Source: Syntrophomonadaceae bacterium
Lineage (GTDB): Bacteria; Bacillota; PH28-bin88
Reading direction: 5' to 3'
DNA length: 64,000 bases
Assembly (NCBI GenBank): GCA_018333865.1
Contig: JAGXSE010000009.1
Location: 75,460-139,459 of the forward strand
Part shown: one piece after another, positions 49,129 to 59,843 of the stretch
Numbering within the stretch: position 1 is the first letter of the stretch
Layout: each line of letters starts with the position of its first letter
Made by a program: the position numbers and the translations under genes
The notes under the pieces: generated by a model
Told to the model about the DNA's origin: nothing
What the model saw: the letters and a program-made list of their open reading frames with translations, nothing else
Database searches by the model: none

Positions 49129-49199
49129 TTGACCTTTCATGACCTTTTGACCTTATTTGACCTTTAATTTTATTATGCATAATTTTCCGTTGTTTGCAA
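49129..49199 (-). promoter_or_regulatory. ctsR promoter (TTGCAA-17-ATAATA) overlapping two tandem CtsR operators (GGTCAAATAAGGTCAAA, AGGTCATGAAAGGTCAA)
   Basis: Heptad direct repeats lie at 49129-49166 on the minus strand. -10 at 49171-49176. -35 at 49194-49199. Confidence 0.65.
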
Positions 49200-49347
49200 G
49201 GGGTTAAAAAAATTTTTTAAATCTAGTTTTACCCTACAGAAATGAATAATCCCTCGATAATGTAAAAAAGCCTCCCCCAAGAGGAAGGCTGAAAATAACC
49301 ATCTGTCCATTCGTGCAATTTTATTTCTTGCCGGGCAAAATCAGCGG

Positions 49348-49830
49348 CTATGAAGACATCGGTTTAATTGTCCCCATGCTGCCCAATGGCTCACTTTCCC
49401 GCCAATAACGGTTTAAGACTAAAGTAACAATGACAGCTAACCCCAGGCGGACAAAAAACATGATTACGGCATTGGCTCCTAAGGCCGCAAAAACAGCTGT
49501 ATCTTCAAAAATTGCGTGGCACACTACCAAAAAGGCATTTAAGAGGTATAGATCCTTTTTGGTCATTTTACCTTCCTGGGCAGCCTGGATAATTAAGCCC
49601 GCCCCGTAGGTAAGGCCAAATATAATCCCTACCACTAAAGGCATGGAGGCTTCTTTGCTCATGCCTAAGGCCCTGGCAAAAGGAGCTGCGATCTCTGCTA
49701 GACGGTCAATCAGGTTGGCCTCTTTTAAAAACTCCATTATCACCATCAGGGGAATCACAAATACAGCAATTTTCAAGATGGTAGATAAGCTGCCTTTCAG
49801 GGCTTCAGCCAGAATCTCCAAAAATGGCAT
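49348..49830 (-). CDS. Nucleoside-recognition (Gate) domain membrane protein, SpmB-like
   Basis: 160 aa, polytopic. Confidence 0.5.
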   Translation of the reverse strand: MPFLEILAEALKGSLSTILKIAVFVIPLMVIMEFLKEANLIDRLAEIAAPFARALGMSKEASMPLVVGIIFGLTYGAGLIIQAAQEGKMTKKDLYLLNAFLVVCHAIFEDTAVFAALGANAVIMFFVRLGLAVIVTLVLNRYWRESEPLGSMGTIKPMSS

Positions 49831-49845
49831 CGAATGACCCTCCTG

Positions 49846-50274
49846 CTACATTATTAGGTTCAGTCCAATTCCGCACAAAAAGGCCAGACCAACTCGCATG
49901 GCCAACAACGGAAGGGCCGCAACCCCGGTTTTTTTGGTAATTGCAGTTTCCACCGGCAGACTATGAGCAATCAGCAGCACGGAGCCAATCACTGTGATCT
50001 GTTTGGCTGTAAGATCCAGGGAGGCGATAGCCCCCAAACCAGCATAAAAACTTACGCTCATGCCAAAAACCAGGGCCAAAGAGGCTTCTCCCGGAAGGCC
50101 CATCAACCTCATCAAGGGCTCTACCAGCTGGGCGAGCCAGGGCAGCAAAGGAGTATGTTTTAAAAAAGTCACAAAAATGTATACCGGCACAATAGTTTTG
50201 GCCAGAACAAGAGTCATATCCAAGCCTTTACGGCAGCCTCTGACTAGCAAGGTCTGATACTCTATGTTCAGCAC
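49846..50274 (-). CDS. Nucleoside-recognition (Gate) domain membrane protein, SpmA-like
   Basis: 142 aa, polytopic. Paired with the downstream gene. Confidence 0.5.
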   Translation of the reverse strand: MLNIEYQTLLVRGCRKGLDMTLVLAKTIVPVYIFVTFLKHTPLLPWLAQLVEPLMRLMGLPGEASLALVFGMSVSFYAGLGAIASLDLTAKQITVIGSVLLIAHSLPVETAITKKTGVAALPLLAMRVGLAFLCGIGLNLIM

Positions 50275-50345
50275 CGCCCTTTAACAAAATAAAATAAATA
50301 AAAAGAAACAACCTCCGGATGGACCGGAAGTCTTGATAGTATATT

Positions 50346-50420
50346 TGGCTCCCCGGGCGGGACTCGAACCTGCAACCACCCGGTTAACAGCCGGGTGCTC
50401 TACCATTGAGCTACCGAGGA
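50346..50420 (-). tRNA. tRNA-Asn (anticodon GUU)
   Basis: Reverse complement TCCTCGGTAGCTCAATGGTAGAGCACCCGGCTGTTAACCGGGTGGTTGCAGGTTCGAGTCCCGCCCGGGGAGCCA. Confidence 0.85.
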
Positions 50421-50602
50421 ATATTTTTTTCATCGACAAGATTTATTATAGCAGGACAGGCAAGTTTGTCAACCGGCAACGAGCTGGAGATTTTTTTTTG
50501 CTATATACCAAAGCTTGCCAGGAAAAAGTTTTAAATTAGCGAATTGGAACATTAATCGAGCGGCATAATTAAATAACTTATCCGACAAGGAGGCGGCTGG
50601 AA

Positions 50603-51367
50603 TTGATTTTGGATGATTTTAAACTTACGGGTAAGGTGGCTGTTGTCACCGGAGCCAGCACCGGGTTAGGACAGGCTATGGCGGTAGGTTTGGCGGAAGC
50701 TGGCGCAGATGTTGTGATAACGGGCAATTCCCATGCCCTGGACGATACTGCAGCTTCTATTGAAGCCGTTGGACAGAAATGCTTGGCCCTCAAAGTCGAC
50801 CTGACCAACCAAACATGTGCGGCAAGGATTATCGAACAGACTGCAACTCATTTTGGCCGGGTGGATATCCTTGTTAATAACGCGGGCAGCATCAGGCGCG
50901 CCCCTGCCATAGATTTTAGTGAAAAAGATTGGGATGATATCCTCAACCTTAACGCTAAGACCGTATTCTTTCTGAGCCAGGCGGCGGCCAGACAGATGTT
51001 AAAACAGGGCGAAGGGGGAAAAATAATCAATATCGCCTCCCTGCTCTCCTTTCAAGGCGGCATTCTGGTCCCTTCCTATGCCGCCAGCAAAGGAGCCGTA
51101 GCTTCCTTAACAAAGGCTTTGGCTAACGAGTGGGCCCCTTTAGGCATTAATGTCAACGCTATCGCCCCCGGCTATTTCATTACAAATGTTACTGAGGGCA
51201 TCTGGCGAGACGAAAAACGAAACAAGAGCGTCCTGGAGCGCATCCCAGCCGGCCGGTGGGGCAACCCGAAAGACTTGCAGGGGGCGGTGGTCTTCCTGGC
51301 TTCCCAAACCTCCAACTATTTGCACGGAAGTACTCTTCTGGTAGACGGAGGTTGGATGGGCAGGTAA
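50603..51367 (+). CDS. Short-chain dehydrogenase/reductase (KduD / gluconate 5-dehydrogenase-like), TTG start
   Basis: TGASTGLG Rossmann motif and a YxxxK active site. Confidence 0.8.
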   Translation: MILDDFKLTGKVAVVTGASTGLGQAMAVGLAEAGADVVITGNSHALDDTAASIEAVGQKCLALKVDLTNQTCAARIIEQTATHFGRVDILVNNAGSIRRAPAIDFSEKDWDDILNLNAKTVFFLSQAAARQMLKQGEGGKIINIASLLSFQGGILVPSYAASKGAVASLTKALANEWAPLGINVNAIAPGYFITNVTEGIWRDEKRNKSVLERIPAGRWGNPKDLQGAVVFLASQTSNYLHGSTLLVDGGWMGR

Positions 51368-51394
51368 CAAGGAAATAGTTAATAGAAAAGGAGC

Positions 51395-51622
51395 GTGAAT
51401 ATGGAAATGACTTTGATGATGCCCTTGATGATGCTCCTCATGTTTTTTGCTTGGTTGACAGGCATCGTTTTTCTTGTGGCCACAGTTCTTGCTGTCTATT
51501 ACTATATTGCGGGCAAAGAAGAGGAGTTTCAGCGAGCCAAGAAAGTTGCTGTGAGATTATTCTTGGCTGTAGCAGTACTGGCAGTGCTCTTCTCTTTGTT
51601 TCTGATTCCTGTCAGGTTGTAG
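51395..51622 (+). CDS. Small two-TM membrane protein
   Basis: 75 aa, hydrophobic. A terminator-like inverted repeat follows at 51624-51672. Confidence 0.35.
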   Translation: MNMEMTLMMPLMMLLMFFAWLTGIVFLVATVLAVYYYIAGKEEEFQRAKKVAVRLFLAVAVLAVLFSLFLIPVRL

Positions 51623-51699
51623 TACTGCCAGCAACTGCTGAAACTGCAGCAGTACTGGCAGCGGTACTTTGATGGGGCTGGTTCAACTGGGTCTTGGCT

Positions 51700-52767
51700 T
51701 CAGCGTGTGACAAAAGGAGCAGCCTGGCCTTGCTCCCTGTCAACCTTGATTTCCAGCAATTCATAAACCTGCCGCCCGATAGCACCGTCGGGATACAACT
51801 GATTTGCCTTTTGCAGCCTTACCACCGCGTTAAAAGTAGCTGTGCCGAAATAGCCGTCTGCAGATCCGCTCAAATAGCCTTTCTCAATTAATTTTTGCTG
51901 GACAATGGCCACATCATAGCCCCGGTCCCCTTTAAACAAGTCACGGCCAGGCGGCAACCCGGTTATTTCCACAGGGGTGCCCGCATTAATCCATTTATAT
52001 AGGGTAGCCACATGCTCGTTGAACATGCGGAGGCAACCCTCTGACATAGCCTCACCTATAGTCCAGGGATGGTTGGTGCCATGAATACCGTATTTCCCCC
52101 ACGGCACATCAAAGCCAAGCCAATACCCGCCAAACTGGCCCCGCCACCTGCCCTTGTCAACAACTCGAAAATTGCCGACCGGTGTTGGTGTTCTTGGTGT
52201 TCCCACAGCAACAGGAAAGGTGTAATACTCCTGGCCATCTGCATAGACGGCCAGAGTCCTGGTATTAATATCAATTTTGATGCTCAGTTTTCCTTGGGGC
52301 GGTTTTGCCGGTGGCTTCCACTGGGGAACACTACCTTCACCCAGTTTTTTCAGTGTGGCAATATCCACCACACCCGTTGGGGCCAGTCCGCTTTCCGCTT
52401 GAAAGCGCTTTACACTGGCAACGGTCCGTGGCCCATATACACCGTCTATTTCCCCGACCAAAAATCTAAGCTCCTGCAGCCTAATTTGCACTTCTTCCAC
52501 ATCGGGCCCGGCCATTGGCGGTCTGGTAAACTTGAGTACCCGCTCATGGGTAAAGCTGTCTGTATGGAAACCACAGGTTTCATCCCTAAAAGCTGCGCTG
52601 GGATGAGAAGCCCCTGGCCAATAGGTGGTGGCCAAGATAAAAAATCCAACTGCAATCGGTATGAGAAAAAACCATTTCCGTCTCAGGATCAACACCACGC
52701 ATCCCTCTGTTTCCGCTAATTCTATTAGATTATATATGCGTGTTGCCAAGAGAAAAGAAATGGACAT
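51700..52767 (-). CDS. L,D-transpeptidase (YkuD domain) with peptidoglycan-binding repeats
   Basis: N-terminal TM segment, two PG-binding-like repeats, and a C-terminal catalytic YkuD domain. Confidence 0.7.
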   Translation of the reverse strand: MSISFLLATRIYNLIELAETEGCVVLILRRKWFFLIPIAVGFFILATTYWPGASHPSAAFRDETCGFHTDSFTHERVLKFTRPPMAGPDVEEVQIRLQELRFLVGEIDGVYGPRTVASVKRFQAESGLAPTGVVDIATLKKLGEGSVPQWKPPAKPPQGKLSIKIDINTRTLAVYADGQEYYTFPVAVGTPRTPTPVGNFRVVDKGRWRGQFGGYWLGFDVPWGKYGIHGTNHPWTIGEAMSEGCLRMFNEHVATLYKWINAGTPVEITGLPPGRDLFKGDRGYDVAIVQQKLIEKGYLSGSADGYFGTATFNAVVRLQKANQLYPDGAIGRQVYELLEIKVDREQGQAAPFVTR

Positions 52768-52788
52768 GAGAAGATAAATTGGCCGCTG

Positions 52789-53763
52789 CTATCTCTTGAC
52801 CTCAGGGTTTAAACAGTTGGGAGGCTGTTCCCCCCGCATGGCAGCCAGGACATTTTCCACTGCCATGAGGCCCATTTTGGTCCTGGTCTCGAACGTGGCG
52901 CTGGCAATATGAGGCAACAAGATCACATTATCCAACTCCAACAGGGCCGGTGTTATTTCCGGTTCCCACTCATAAACATCGAGCCCTGCTGCCCAGATTT
53001 CGCCCGCCTTTAAAGCTCTCGCCAGGGCAATTTCGTCGATGACCGGCCCCCGGGATGTATTGACCAGGACAGCTGACTTTTTCATCATTTTCAATTCTTT
53101 TTCGCTGATCAGGTGGTAGGTCTCCGGTGTCAACGGGACATGGAGGGCAACAAAGTCCGCCTCCTTTAAAAGTGTTTCTTGATCAACAAATAATGCCCCT
53201 GTTTCTGCCTCCATCGCCGGATTTGGTTTGATATCGGTATAAATTATCCGCATCCGGAAACCCTTCGCCCTTAAAGCAAATTCGCTGCCAATCCTGCCGC
53301 TTCCGATAATTCCCAAGGTTTTCCTGGTAACCTCTTGGCCTAACAGCATCATCGGCCCCCATCCTTTAAACCTGCCTGCCCTGGTGAGCTTATCCCCTTC
53401 CACTACCCGGCGGGCTGCCGCCATCAAGAGGGTCCAGGCCATGTCGGCGGTTGCATCAGTCAACACCCCCGGGGTGTTGCTCACCAGGATGCCCCGAGCG
53501 GTTGCCGCCGGAATGTCTATGTTGTTGAAACCGACAGCGTAGTTGGCAAAGATTTTTGCATTTTTGGCTGCATCAAAAACCTCTGCATCAATGGTATCCG
53601 TCAACAGCGGAATCACGGCATCCCGCCCTGGCACCTTTTGCAATAATTCTGATCTGTGCAATACCCGATCTTCTGGATTCACTTCCACATCGCAATGTTC
53701 TGCCAATAGGTCCATTGCCGGCTGAGGCAACATCCTGGTAACATAGACATCCCATTTTCTCAT
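52789..53763 (-). CDS. D-isomer-specific 2-hydroxyacid dehydrogenase (glyoxylate/hydroxypyruvate reductase-like)
   Basis: GIIGSGRIG NAD-binding motif. I set the start at MRKWDVYVT, with RBS AGGAGG. Confidence 0.8.
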   Translation of the reverse strand: MRKWDVYVTRMLPQPAMDLLAEHCDVEVNPEDRVLHRSELLQKVPGRDAVIPLLTDTIDAEVFDAAKNAKIFANYAVGFNNIDIPAATARGILVSNTPGVLTDATADMAWTLLMAAARRVVEGDKLTRAGRFKGWGPMMLLGQEVTRKTLGIIGSGRIGSEFALRAKGFRMRIIYTDIKPNPAMEAETGALFVDQETLLKEADFVALHVPLTPETYHLISEKELKMMKKSAVLVNTSRGPVIDEIALARALKAGEIWAAGLDVYEWEPEITPALLELDNVILLPHIASATFETRTKMGLMAVENVLAAMRGEQPPNCLNPEVKR

Positions 53764-53863
53764 TACACTAAACCTCCTGAAATTGTTGCTGCCCCTAATA
53801 TACCAGGATCTGGTCCAGGTATGCAAGTCAACAATCCCCGCAAAAAGCGCAGTCTCAGTTGAA

Positions 53864-54247
53864 TTACCTGACAGTAGCCGGTGTCTCGTGAACGGCTTCT
53901 TCAACAACCCGGTTTTTCTGGTCAACAAATACAACCAGGGGGCGGTGTTTTTTGGCCTGCTCATTTTCCATTAGTACATAGGATATGATGATGACTACAT
54001 CCCCTGGCTGGACTAACCGGGCCGCAGCGCCGTTAACACATATTGTCCCGCTTTCGGGGGGACCTTCTATGACATAGGTTTCAAATCTCTGGCCGTTATT
54101 GTTGTTAACAACCTGTACTTTTTCGTTGGGGAATATATCGGCTGCCGCCATTAAGCGACTGTCAATGGTAATACTGCCTACGTAGTTGAGATTCGCTTCT
54201 GTCACTGCCGCCCGGTGTATTTTTGATTTCATCATCTGCCTGTACAA
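53864..54247 (-). CDS. panD: Aspartate 1-decarboxylase
   Basis: [29 protein letters not shown] is nearly identical to the PanD N-terminus. Confidence 0.85.
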   Translation of the reverse strand: MYRQMMKSKIHRAAVTEANLNYVGSITIDSRLMAAADIFPNEKVQVVNNNNGQRFETYVIEGPPESGTICVNGAAARLVQPGDVVIIISYVLMENEQAKKHRPLVVFVDQKNRVVEEAVHETPATVR

Positions 54248-55125
54248 TGTTCTCCCACCTCCAGCACAATGTTGTCAATCAAACGGGTAGTGCCGAAAAA
54301 CACAGCTACAGCCAAAAGCGCCGGGCCCTTAACAATATCTATCTCCGCCAGGGTCTTGGCATCACGTGCTTCCACATAATCAATCCTTGCTAAAGGCTCT
54401 GCCTCAATCTCCCGGCGGACGGCTTCCGCCAGCACGGCTGCCTGCAACTCCCCGTGGCAGAGCAGGCGCTTTGCTTTAATCAGGGCCCGATTGATCACTG
54501 CAGCGGCCTTTCGCTCCTCCGCAGACAGATATATGTTTCTGGAACTCATGGCCAGCCCGTCTGCTTCCCTTACAGTTGGCAAAACCCGGATCTCGGCCGG
54601 AATATTCAAATCCTCCGCCATGCGGGTAATCAGGATTGCCTGTTGGGCATCTTTCTGGCCGAAATAGGCGGTATCAGGCAGTACAATGTTTAATAGTTTG
54701 GTCACCACGGTGGTCACCCCCCTGAAATGGCCGGGGCGGGACCTGCCGCACATGATCTCAGATAGGTTGTCTACCTGAACATAGGTTTTAAACCCTGGCG
54801 GGTAAATCTCTTTTACCTCGGGGTAAAAAATTGCGTCAACCCCCACTGTTTGGGCTAGTTCCTGATCCCGGCTGAAGTCCCTGGGGTAAAAGGCAAAGTC
54901 TTCTCCCTGGCTAAACTGGGTGGGATTAACAAAGATACTGATTACCACTGCACCGCACTCTTCTTTGGCAATTCGCATCAGCTGCAAGTGTCCCTCATGC
55001 AAAGCCCCCATAGTTGGTACAAAACCAACAGTTTTTCCCTGGCCCCTCTTTTTTTGGACTAGGGCGCGAACCTCCTGGATTGTAGACAACACTTCCATTA
55101 TCATCCGCCTCCTGTTTTCCCCCAA
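54232..55125 (-). CDS. panC: Pantoate--beta-alanine ligase
   Basis: …[11 protein letters not shown]… HIGH-like motif. Confidence 0.9.
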   Translation of the reverse strand: MGENRRRMIMEVLSTIQEVRALVQKKRGQGKTVGFVPTMGALHEGHLQLMRIAKEECGAVVISIFVNPTQFSQGEDFAFYPRDFSRDQELAQTVGVDAIFYPEVKEIYPPGFKTYVQVDNLSEIMCGRSRPGHFRGVTTVVTKLLNIVLPDTAYFGQKDAQQAILITRMAEDLNIPAEIRVLPTVREADGLAMSSRNIYLSAEERKAAAVINRALIKAKRLLCHGELQAAVLAEAVRREIEAEPLARIDYVEARDAKTLAEIDIVKGPALLAVAVFFGTTRLIDNIVLEVGEHCTGR

Positions 55126-55137
55126 AAAGCTACTGCC

Positions 55138-55172
55138 TTCCTGTCAGGACAGGAAGGCAGAAAAAAACGTAC
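55138..55172 (-). terminator. Perfect 13-bp inverted repeat hairpin (CUGCCUUCCUGUC…GACAGGAAGGCAG) between the 123-aa gene and panC
   Basis: T-rich on the minus side and A-rich on the plus side. It may act as a terminator or attenuator. Confidence 0.35.
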
Positions 55173-55350
55173 TTGCTTTCCGTCCCGGTCCATAGGATCC
55201 AAGCGGCTTTTGATTTTTGGGTAACTACGTAATAGGTGCAGCTCCAGCAGGATGCTGCCCTTAGCCGTATTTTAACATGCCTTTGGAAGGGGAGCAATAG
55301 GCCTGGTGCATTACATTGAAAACTGTCTTAATTAGAACAAAACTTGGCAC

Positions 55351-55722
55351 CTATTCTTTTAAGCTGCTTAAAATAAGTTGATGCAGTTCCTCGGCCATAT
55401 TACGCAGGCCGAAGGGTTGAGCTCTCAGCTTCCTGATCAGGCGCCGGTAATGGGCCACAGTGCCCATCAGGATCACATCGGTTGTTTCAACAGTATGATT
55501 AATAACTCCCCTATGCAAAGCAGCCTCTCCGCCAATGGAGAGCATTTCCTGTTTCAGGATGTTGGCTGCTTTAAAGCTGACCATTTCCAGCTTAACCACG
55601 CGAAATAAGGCCTTTGGGGCCATCAGCCCCACACCGGCCTCGTCGCACCCAACCTGGCGGATAGCTTCTTTGGCCTGTTCCAGAGTGTTAATTGCCATGA
55701 GCCTCATCGCAAACACCTCCAA
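55351..55722 (-). CDS. Conserved hypothetical protein of 123 aa
   Basis: Clean ORF upstream of panC and panD. No motif I can name with confidence. Confidence 0.45.
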   Translation of the reverse strand: MEVFAMRLMAINTLEQAKEAIRQVGCDEAGVGLMAPKALFRVVKLEMVSFKAANILKQEMLSIGGEAALHRGVINHTVETTDVILMGTVAHYRRLIRKLRAQPFGLRNMAEELHQLILSSLKE

Positions 55723-55779
55723 TAATCAAGAAACCCCGGTTAATGCTGGCGGCACCCCAGGGTTCCTTGAATTTATGTT

Positions 55780-57468
55780 TTAGAACAGACCTGCGATCTT
55801 GCCGTCCTCGTCAATGTCAATCACATTGGCGGCCGGCTTCTTGGGCAGACCGGGCATGGTCATCAGGGCCCCGGTAATGCAGATCAAAAACCCGGCGCCA
55901 GCTGACAGGCGGACTTCCCGCACATTAATTTTAAAGTTCCGCGGGCGTCCCAGTTTAGTAAGGTCATCGGAGAAGGAGTACTGGGTTTTGGCCATGCAGA
56001 TTGGCAGGTTACCATAGCCCATTTCAGTGAATTTTTCAATGGCTTTTTCTGCTTCGGAGGCGTAAACTACACCGTCAGCCCCATAGATTTCAGTGCAGAT
56101 CTTGGCAATTTTTTCTTTAATCGGCAGGGCCGTGTCATACAGTACGCGGAAGTCAGACGGTTTGTTTTCGATAGCGCGGAGAACCTTTGTGGCTAATTCT
56201 TTGCCGCCTTCGCCGCCTTGAGCCCAGACGTTAGAGATGGCCACCTCAGCGCCCATTGCCTGCACCCGGTCGTAGAGGGCTTTCTTCTCGGCTTCGGTAT
56301 CGGTCGGGAATGCGTTCACAGCCACTACAACCGGCACGCCAAATTTGGACACGTTCTCAATGTGTTTTTCCAGGTTTTCGATACCCTTAGACAGAGCATC
56401 CAGGTTCTCCTTGCCCAGTTCTGTCTTGGGTATGCCACCATGCATTTTCAATGCCCTGACCGTAGCTACGATTACAGCTGCCGCTGGCTTGAAGCCGGCA
56501 AAGCGGCACTTTAAGTCGAAGAATTTTTCCGCTCCCAGATCCGCGCCAAAGCCTGCTTCGGTCACCACATAGTCGGCCAGTTTCAGGGCCATCTTGGTAG
56601 CGGTGATACTGTTGCAGCCATGCGCAATGTTGGCAAAGGGGCCGCCATGGAGGAAGGCCGGGGTATTTTCCAGGGTTTGCACCAGGTTTGGTTTAATAGC
56701 GTCCTTCATCAAAAGCGCCATGGAACCCTGGGCCTCCAGGTCAGCCGCGGTAACTGCCTTGCCGTCATAGGTGTAAGCGACTACAATCTTGGCAAAGCGG
56801 GCTTTTAAGTCCATCAGGTCGCTGGATAGGCAGAGTATGGCCATAATTTCAGAGGCCACGGAAATATCAAAGCCAGACTCTCTGGGTACGCCTTCGGTCC
56901 TGCCGCCAAGACCAATGATAATCTTCCGGAGAGCCCTGTCGTTCAAGTCAATTACCCGGCGGAAAACAATCTGGCGGGGATCAATATTAAGAACATTCCC
57001 CTGGTGGATGTGGTTATCAATCAAAGCAGCCAGGAGGTTATGAGCATAGGTGACAGCGTGGATATCTCCGGTAAAATGCAGGTTGATGTCTTCCATAGGA
57101 ACAACCTGGGCATAGCCACCGCCGGCAGCGCCGCCTTTTACCCCGAAACTGGGCCCCAAAGAAGGCTCCCTTAAGCAAACAATTACATTTTTGCCCAATT
57201 TGGCCAAGCCATCAGTCAGGCCTACGCTGGTGGTAGTTTTTCCTTCACCGGCAGGAGTGGGGTTGATTGCCGTAACCAAAATCAATTTGCCGTCCGGCTT
57301 GTCCTTTAAACGCTTATAAACACCGAGGGATACTTTTCCTTTGTACTTTCCATAAAGATCAATCTCGTCCTCATCAATACCTAACTGCCGTGCAATCTCC
57401 ATTACCGGCTTCATTTTCGCCGCCTGGGCAATCTCAATATCACTGGGAACAGTTGCCAAATCGATCAC
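55780..57468 (-). CDS. fhs: Formate--tetrahydrofolate ligase (GTG start)
   Basis: 562 aa, …[11 protein letters not shown]… P-loop. Confidence 0.9.
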   Translation of the reverse strand: MIDLATVPSDIEIAQAAKMKPVMEIARQLGIDEDEIDLYGKYKGKVSLGVYKRLKDKPDGKLILVTAINPTPAGEGKTTTSVGLTDGLAKLGKNVIVCLREPSLGPSFGVKGGAAGGGYAQVVPMEDINLHFTGDIHAVTYAHNLLAALIDNHIHQGNVLNIDPRQIVFRRVIDLNDRALRKIIIGLGGRTEGVPRESGFDISVASEIMAILCLSSDLMDLKARFAKIVVAYTYDGKAVTAADLEAQGSMALLMKDAIKPNLVQTLENTPAFLHGGPFANIAHGCNSITATKMALKLADYVVTEAGFGADLGAEKFFDLKCRFAGFKPAAAVIVATVRALKMHGGIPKTELGKENLDALSKGIENLEKHIENVSKFGVPVVVAVNAFPTDTEAEKKALYDRVQAMGAEVAISNVWAQGGEGGKELATKVLRAIENKPSDFRVLYDTALPIKEKIAKICTEIYGADGVVYASEAEKAIEKFTEMGYGNLPICMAKTQYSFSDDLTKLGRPRNFKINVREVRLSAGAGFLICITGALMTMPGLPKKPAANVIDIDEDGKIAGLF

Positions 57469-57779
57469 TCCTTTTATTCTTTTTCCTTACTATTTCAATG
57501 GCCATCCGGAAAAGATGGACCACCTCCACCGAATTCACTGGATTAGAGAGAAAAAGCTGAATTGATTGATAATGCCGGTTTCAGTTGAAGCACTGGTCAG
57601 CAAGCTGGTGCAGCACCAAAGCCATTATGTTCCACATTTCACACACTTTACATTATAATTTGTTCGCATAAATAATGCAATCCCATGTTACTTTTGCCGT
57701 TAAAGGAGTGGCCTTGACATTATGCCAATATAATGTATACTGAAGCTGTATACGCTTACATTACCAGGAGGAGTTTACG

Positions 57780-58031
57780 ATGGCGGTTCGTACCCAAATC
57801 TATTTGCCGGAGGATCTGTACCAGCGCCTGCGGGCTAGTGCGTCTGCTACGGGCAAATCTATGGCCGAACAGATCAGGGAATCCCTTGAACTCTACTTGA
57901 CGGAAAGTGAAGCCGCAACGCCCAAGCCGGAGGATCCTATCTGGCAGCTTGCCGGGCGTACTACGAGTGTGGATGGGGATTTGTCCGAAAACCATGATCG
58001 GTACCTTTACAGAAAGGACCAAAAAAAGTGA
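57780..58031 (+). CDS. RHH-type antitoxin (VapB-like)
   Basis: 83 aa. It overlaps the PIN toxin gene by 4 nt. Confidence 0.6.
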   Translation: MAVRTQIYLPEDLYQRLRASASATGKSMAEQIRESLELYLTESEAATPKPEDPIWQLAGRTTSVDGDLSENHDRYLYRKDQKK

Positions 58032-58438
58032 GCAGACCACTATTTGTTGACACTTCGGGATGGTGTGCCATTTATGATTGCGCTGATTCCCGGCACCCGG
58101 AAGCTGTGGAACTCTGGCATGCTCTGGCGAAAACTACAGGGCTGCTTTACACCACGGACTACGTAGTGGATGAAACCATCACACTGTTGCGGGTACGCGT
58201 AGGCCACTCTCCCGCCGTGGAATTCGGGAAGACTGTTCTAAGCAGCAAAGTGATCAGGATGATTCCGATTTCTGCTGAAAGGTGGCAAAAGGCGTGGGAC
58301 CTGTTTGTTCGGTATCAGGATAAAGAGTTCTCCTTTACGGATTGTGCCAGCTTTGCCGTCATGCGTGAGTTGAAGCTGCAGGAGGCCATGGCTTTTGACC
58401 AACACTTCACTCAAATGGGTTTCACCACTGTTCCTTAA
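58028..58438 (+). CDS. vapC: PIN-domain toxin VapC
   Basis: LFVDTSGW… with conserved acidic residues. Confidence 0.75.
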   Translation: MSRPLFVDTSGWCAIYDCADSRHPEAVELWHALAKTTGLLYTTDYVVDETITLLRVRVGHSPAVEFGKTVLSSKVIRMIPISAERWQKAWDLFVRYQDKEFSFTDCASFAVMRELKLQEAMAFDQHFTQMGFTTVP

Positions 58439-58539
58439 GGCCTGTAGCTCTTACTATGATGCGGATCATTCAAAAGAAAACCGACAAACTATACTCTGCT
58501 TAAAAGATTGAGGTTTTACTCTATATATTTATGACAAAA

Positions 58540-58612
58540 CTCTAAGGCCGCTATCGCCCTTATAGCAAGGGTTAGCGGCCTTTTTTTGTGGGTTTGGTGT
58601 AAAAGTCAGGAT
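58540..58612. repeat. ~72-bp repeat copy 1 (CCGCTATCGCCCTTATAGCAAGGGTTAGCGGCCTTTTTTTGTGGGTTTGGTGTAAAAGTCAGGAT)
   Basis: Direct repeat of 59437-59510 at ~88% identity. It contains a hairpin followed by a T-run. Confidence 0.75.
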
Positions 58613-58636
58613 TATTAAGAGGTCCGGATTTTATAT

Positions 58637-59227
58637 TTATAGCCATTGCACCTGCAAAAGTGCACCAAGTCCGAAATAAATAGAGCCTAGCAGTAAGAAG
58701 CTGAGCGAAAGGCCGGCAAGCAGGAAGATGCCATCCCTGTTAAGCAGGCCGATACCAAGGAGCATGACAACAAACGCAGGGAGAGTGTTCATAAAGGGGA
58801 GGGGAGTAAAAAGAATAATGCCCATCAGGATAATGGTCAGGGCGACTATACGCAGCATCAGGGCCGTTTTCATGAACATCCAACGGGCACGAGAAAAGCG
58901 TTCTATGATTTTGAAGAAGGCAACCCCCCGAACCAGCAGTTTATGGGCTGCCTTCTCAGAAATCGTGTAGTTCCTGACACTCTGCGGCAACCAAGGATAT
59001 TTTCTGTCGAACAGCATCTGGAATCCGATGATGGTGTAAATCAGGCCGATGGTGGCGGCTGAACCGGGAGGCAGGACGGGAAACATAGTGGGCAGGGCCA
59101 GAAGTACGAGCAACATGCCGAAACCGCGCTCGGCGATGCGGGTCATCAGCTCGCCAATATTAATTTGGCAACCCATGCGACAACTCAGCACCGACTGCAG
59201 GGTAGCAGATAAAGTTTCGTTTTGCAT
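58637..59227 (-). CDS. exoD: ExoD-family membrane protein (exopolysaccharide synthesis)
   Basis: 196 aa. Hydrophobic segments and the pattern …IAERGFGMLLVLLALP… fit the ExoD family. Confidence 0.65.
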   Translation of the reverse strand: MQNETLSATLQSVLSCRMGCQINIGELMTRIAERGFGMLLVLLALPTMFPVLPPGSAATIGLIYTIIGFQMLFDRKYPWLPQSVRNYTISEKAAHKLLVRGVAFFKIIERFSRARWMFMKTALMLRIVALTIILMGIILFTPLPFMNTLPAFVVMLLGIGLLNRDGIFLLAGLSLSFLLLGSIYFGLGALLQVQWL

Positions 59228-59436
59228 CAGGCAGAATCACCTTCCGTAACTACATCTTGATATATGCATTATGCCATAATCTTATCAATGTAATCCTTGG
59301 GGTGTCAATGCTTTTAAAAAGCCTGTGATCGGAATCCAAAATGATGTCGAAAAGAATCATAATTATGACACAACCAGCCAGAAGTCAGGCTCCGTTAGTT
59401 TTACCTGACTTTCACACCAAGCGCATAAAAAAAGAC

Positions 59437-59510
59437 CGCTATCGCCCTTATACCATGGGTTTGCGGCCATTTTTTGTGGGTTTGGTGTAAAAGTCAGGAT
59501 ACTAGATGCT
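59437..59510. repeat. ~72-bp repeat copy 2
   Basis: See copy 1. The two copies flank exoD. Confidence 0.75.
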
Positions 59511-59843
59511 TATTCTATCATAGAAGGTACAAGGTTTTCAATTGACAACAATCTGACAATAATGATAATATTCTAATAAGCAACTGAATATTTAGTAATA
59601 TTTCATTATTGGTTATCTATGATTAGCTAAAAAGAATTCCATGGAGGTGAGAGTAAAAATTAAAGAAATTTTTTCCCTGGACTGGTAAACCAGTATCAAT
59701 TTATTGCTTCGCTACAAATTTTAACCGAAAGCGGAGGTGACAAATAATGTGATGAAGGTACCTGCACTGTTTTTGTTGGTGATGAAAGTGCCATATTAAT
59801 TCAAAAAAATCTGTTAAATTAAAATTTTATGGGAGGAATGAAG

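Noticed and set aside
57400-57440. CGCCTGGGCA string resembling the ZTP riboswitch 3' consensus
   Set aside because: It lies inside the fhs coding region and on the wrong strand relative to the transcript.
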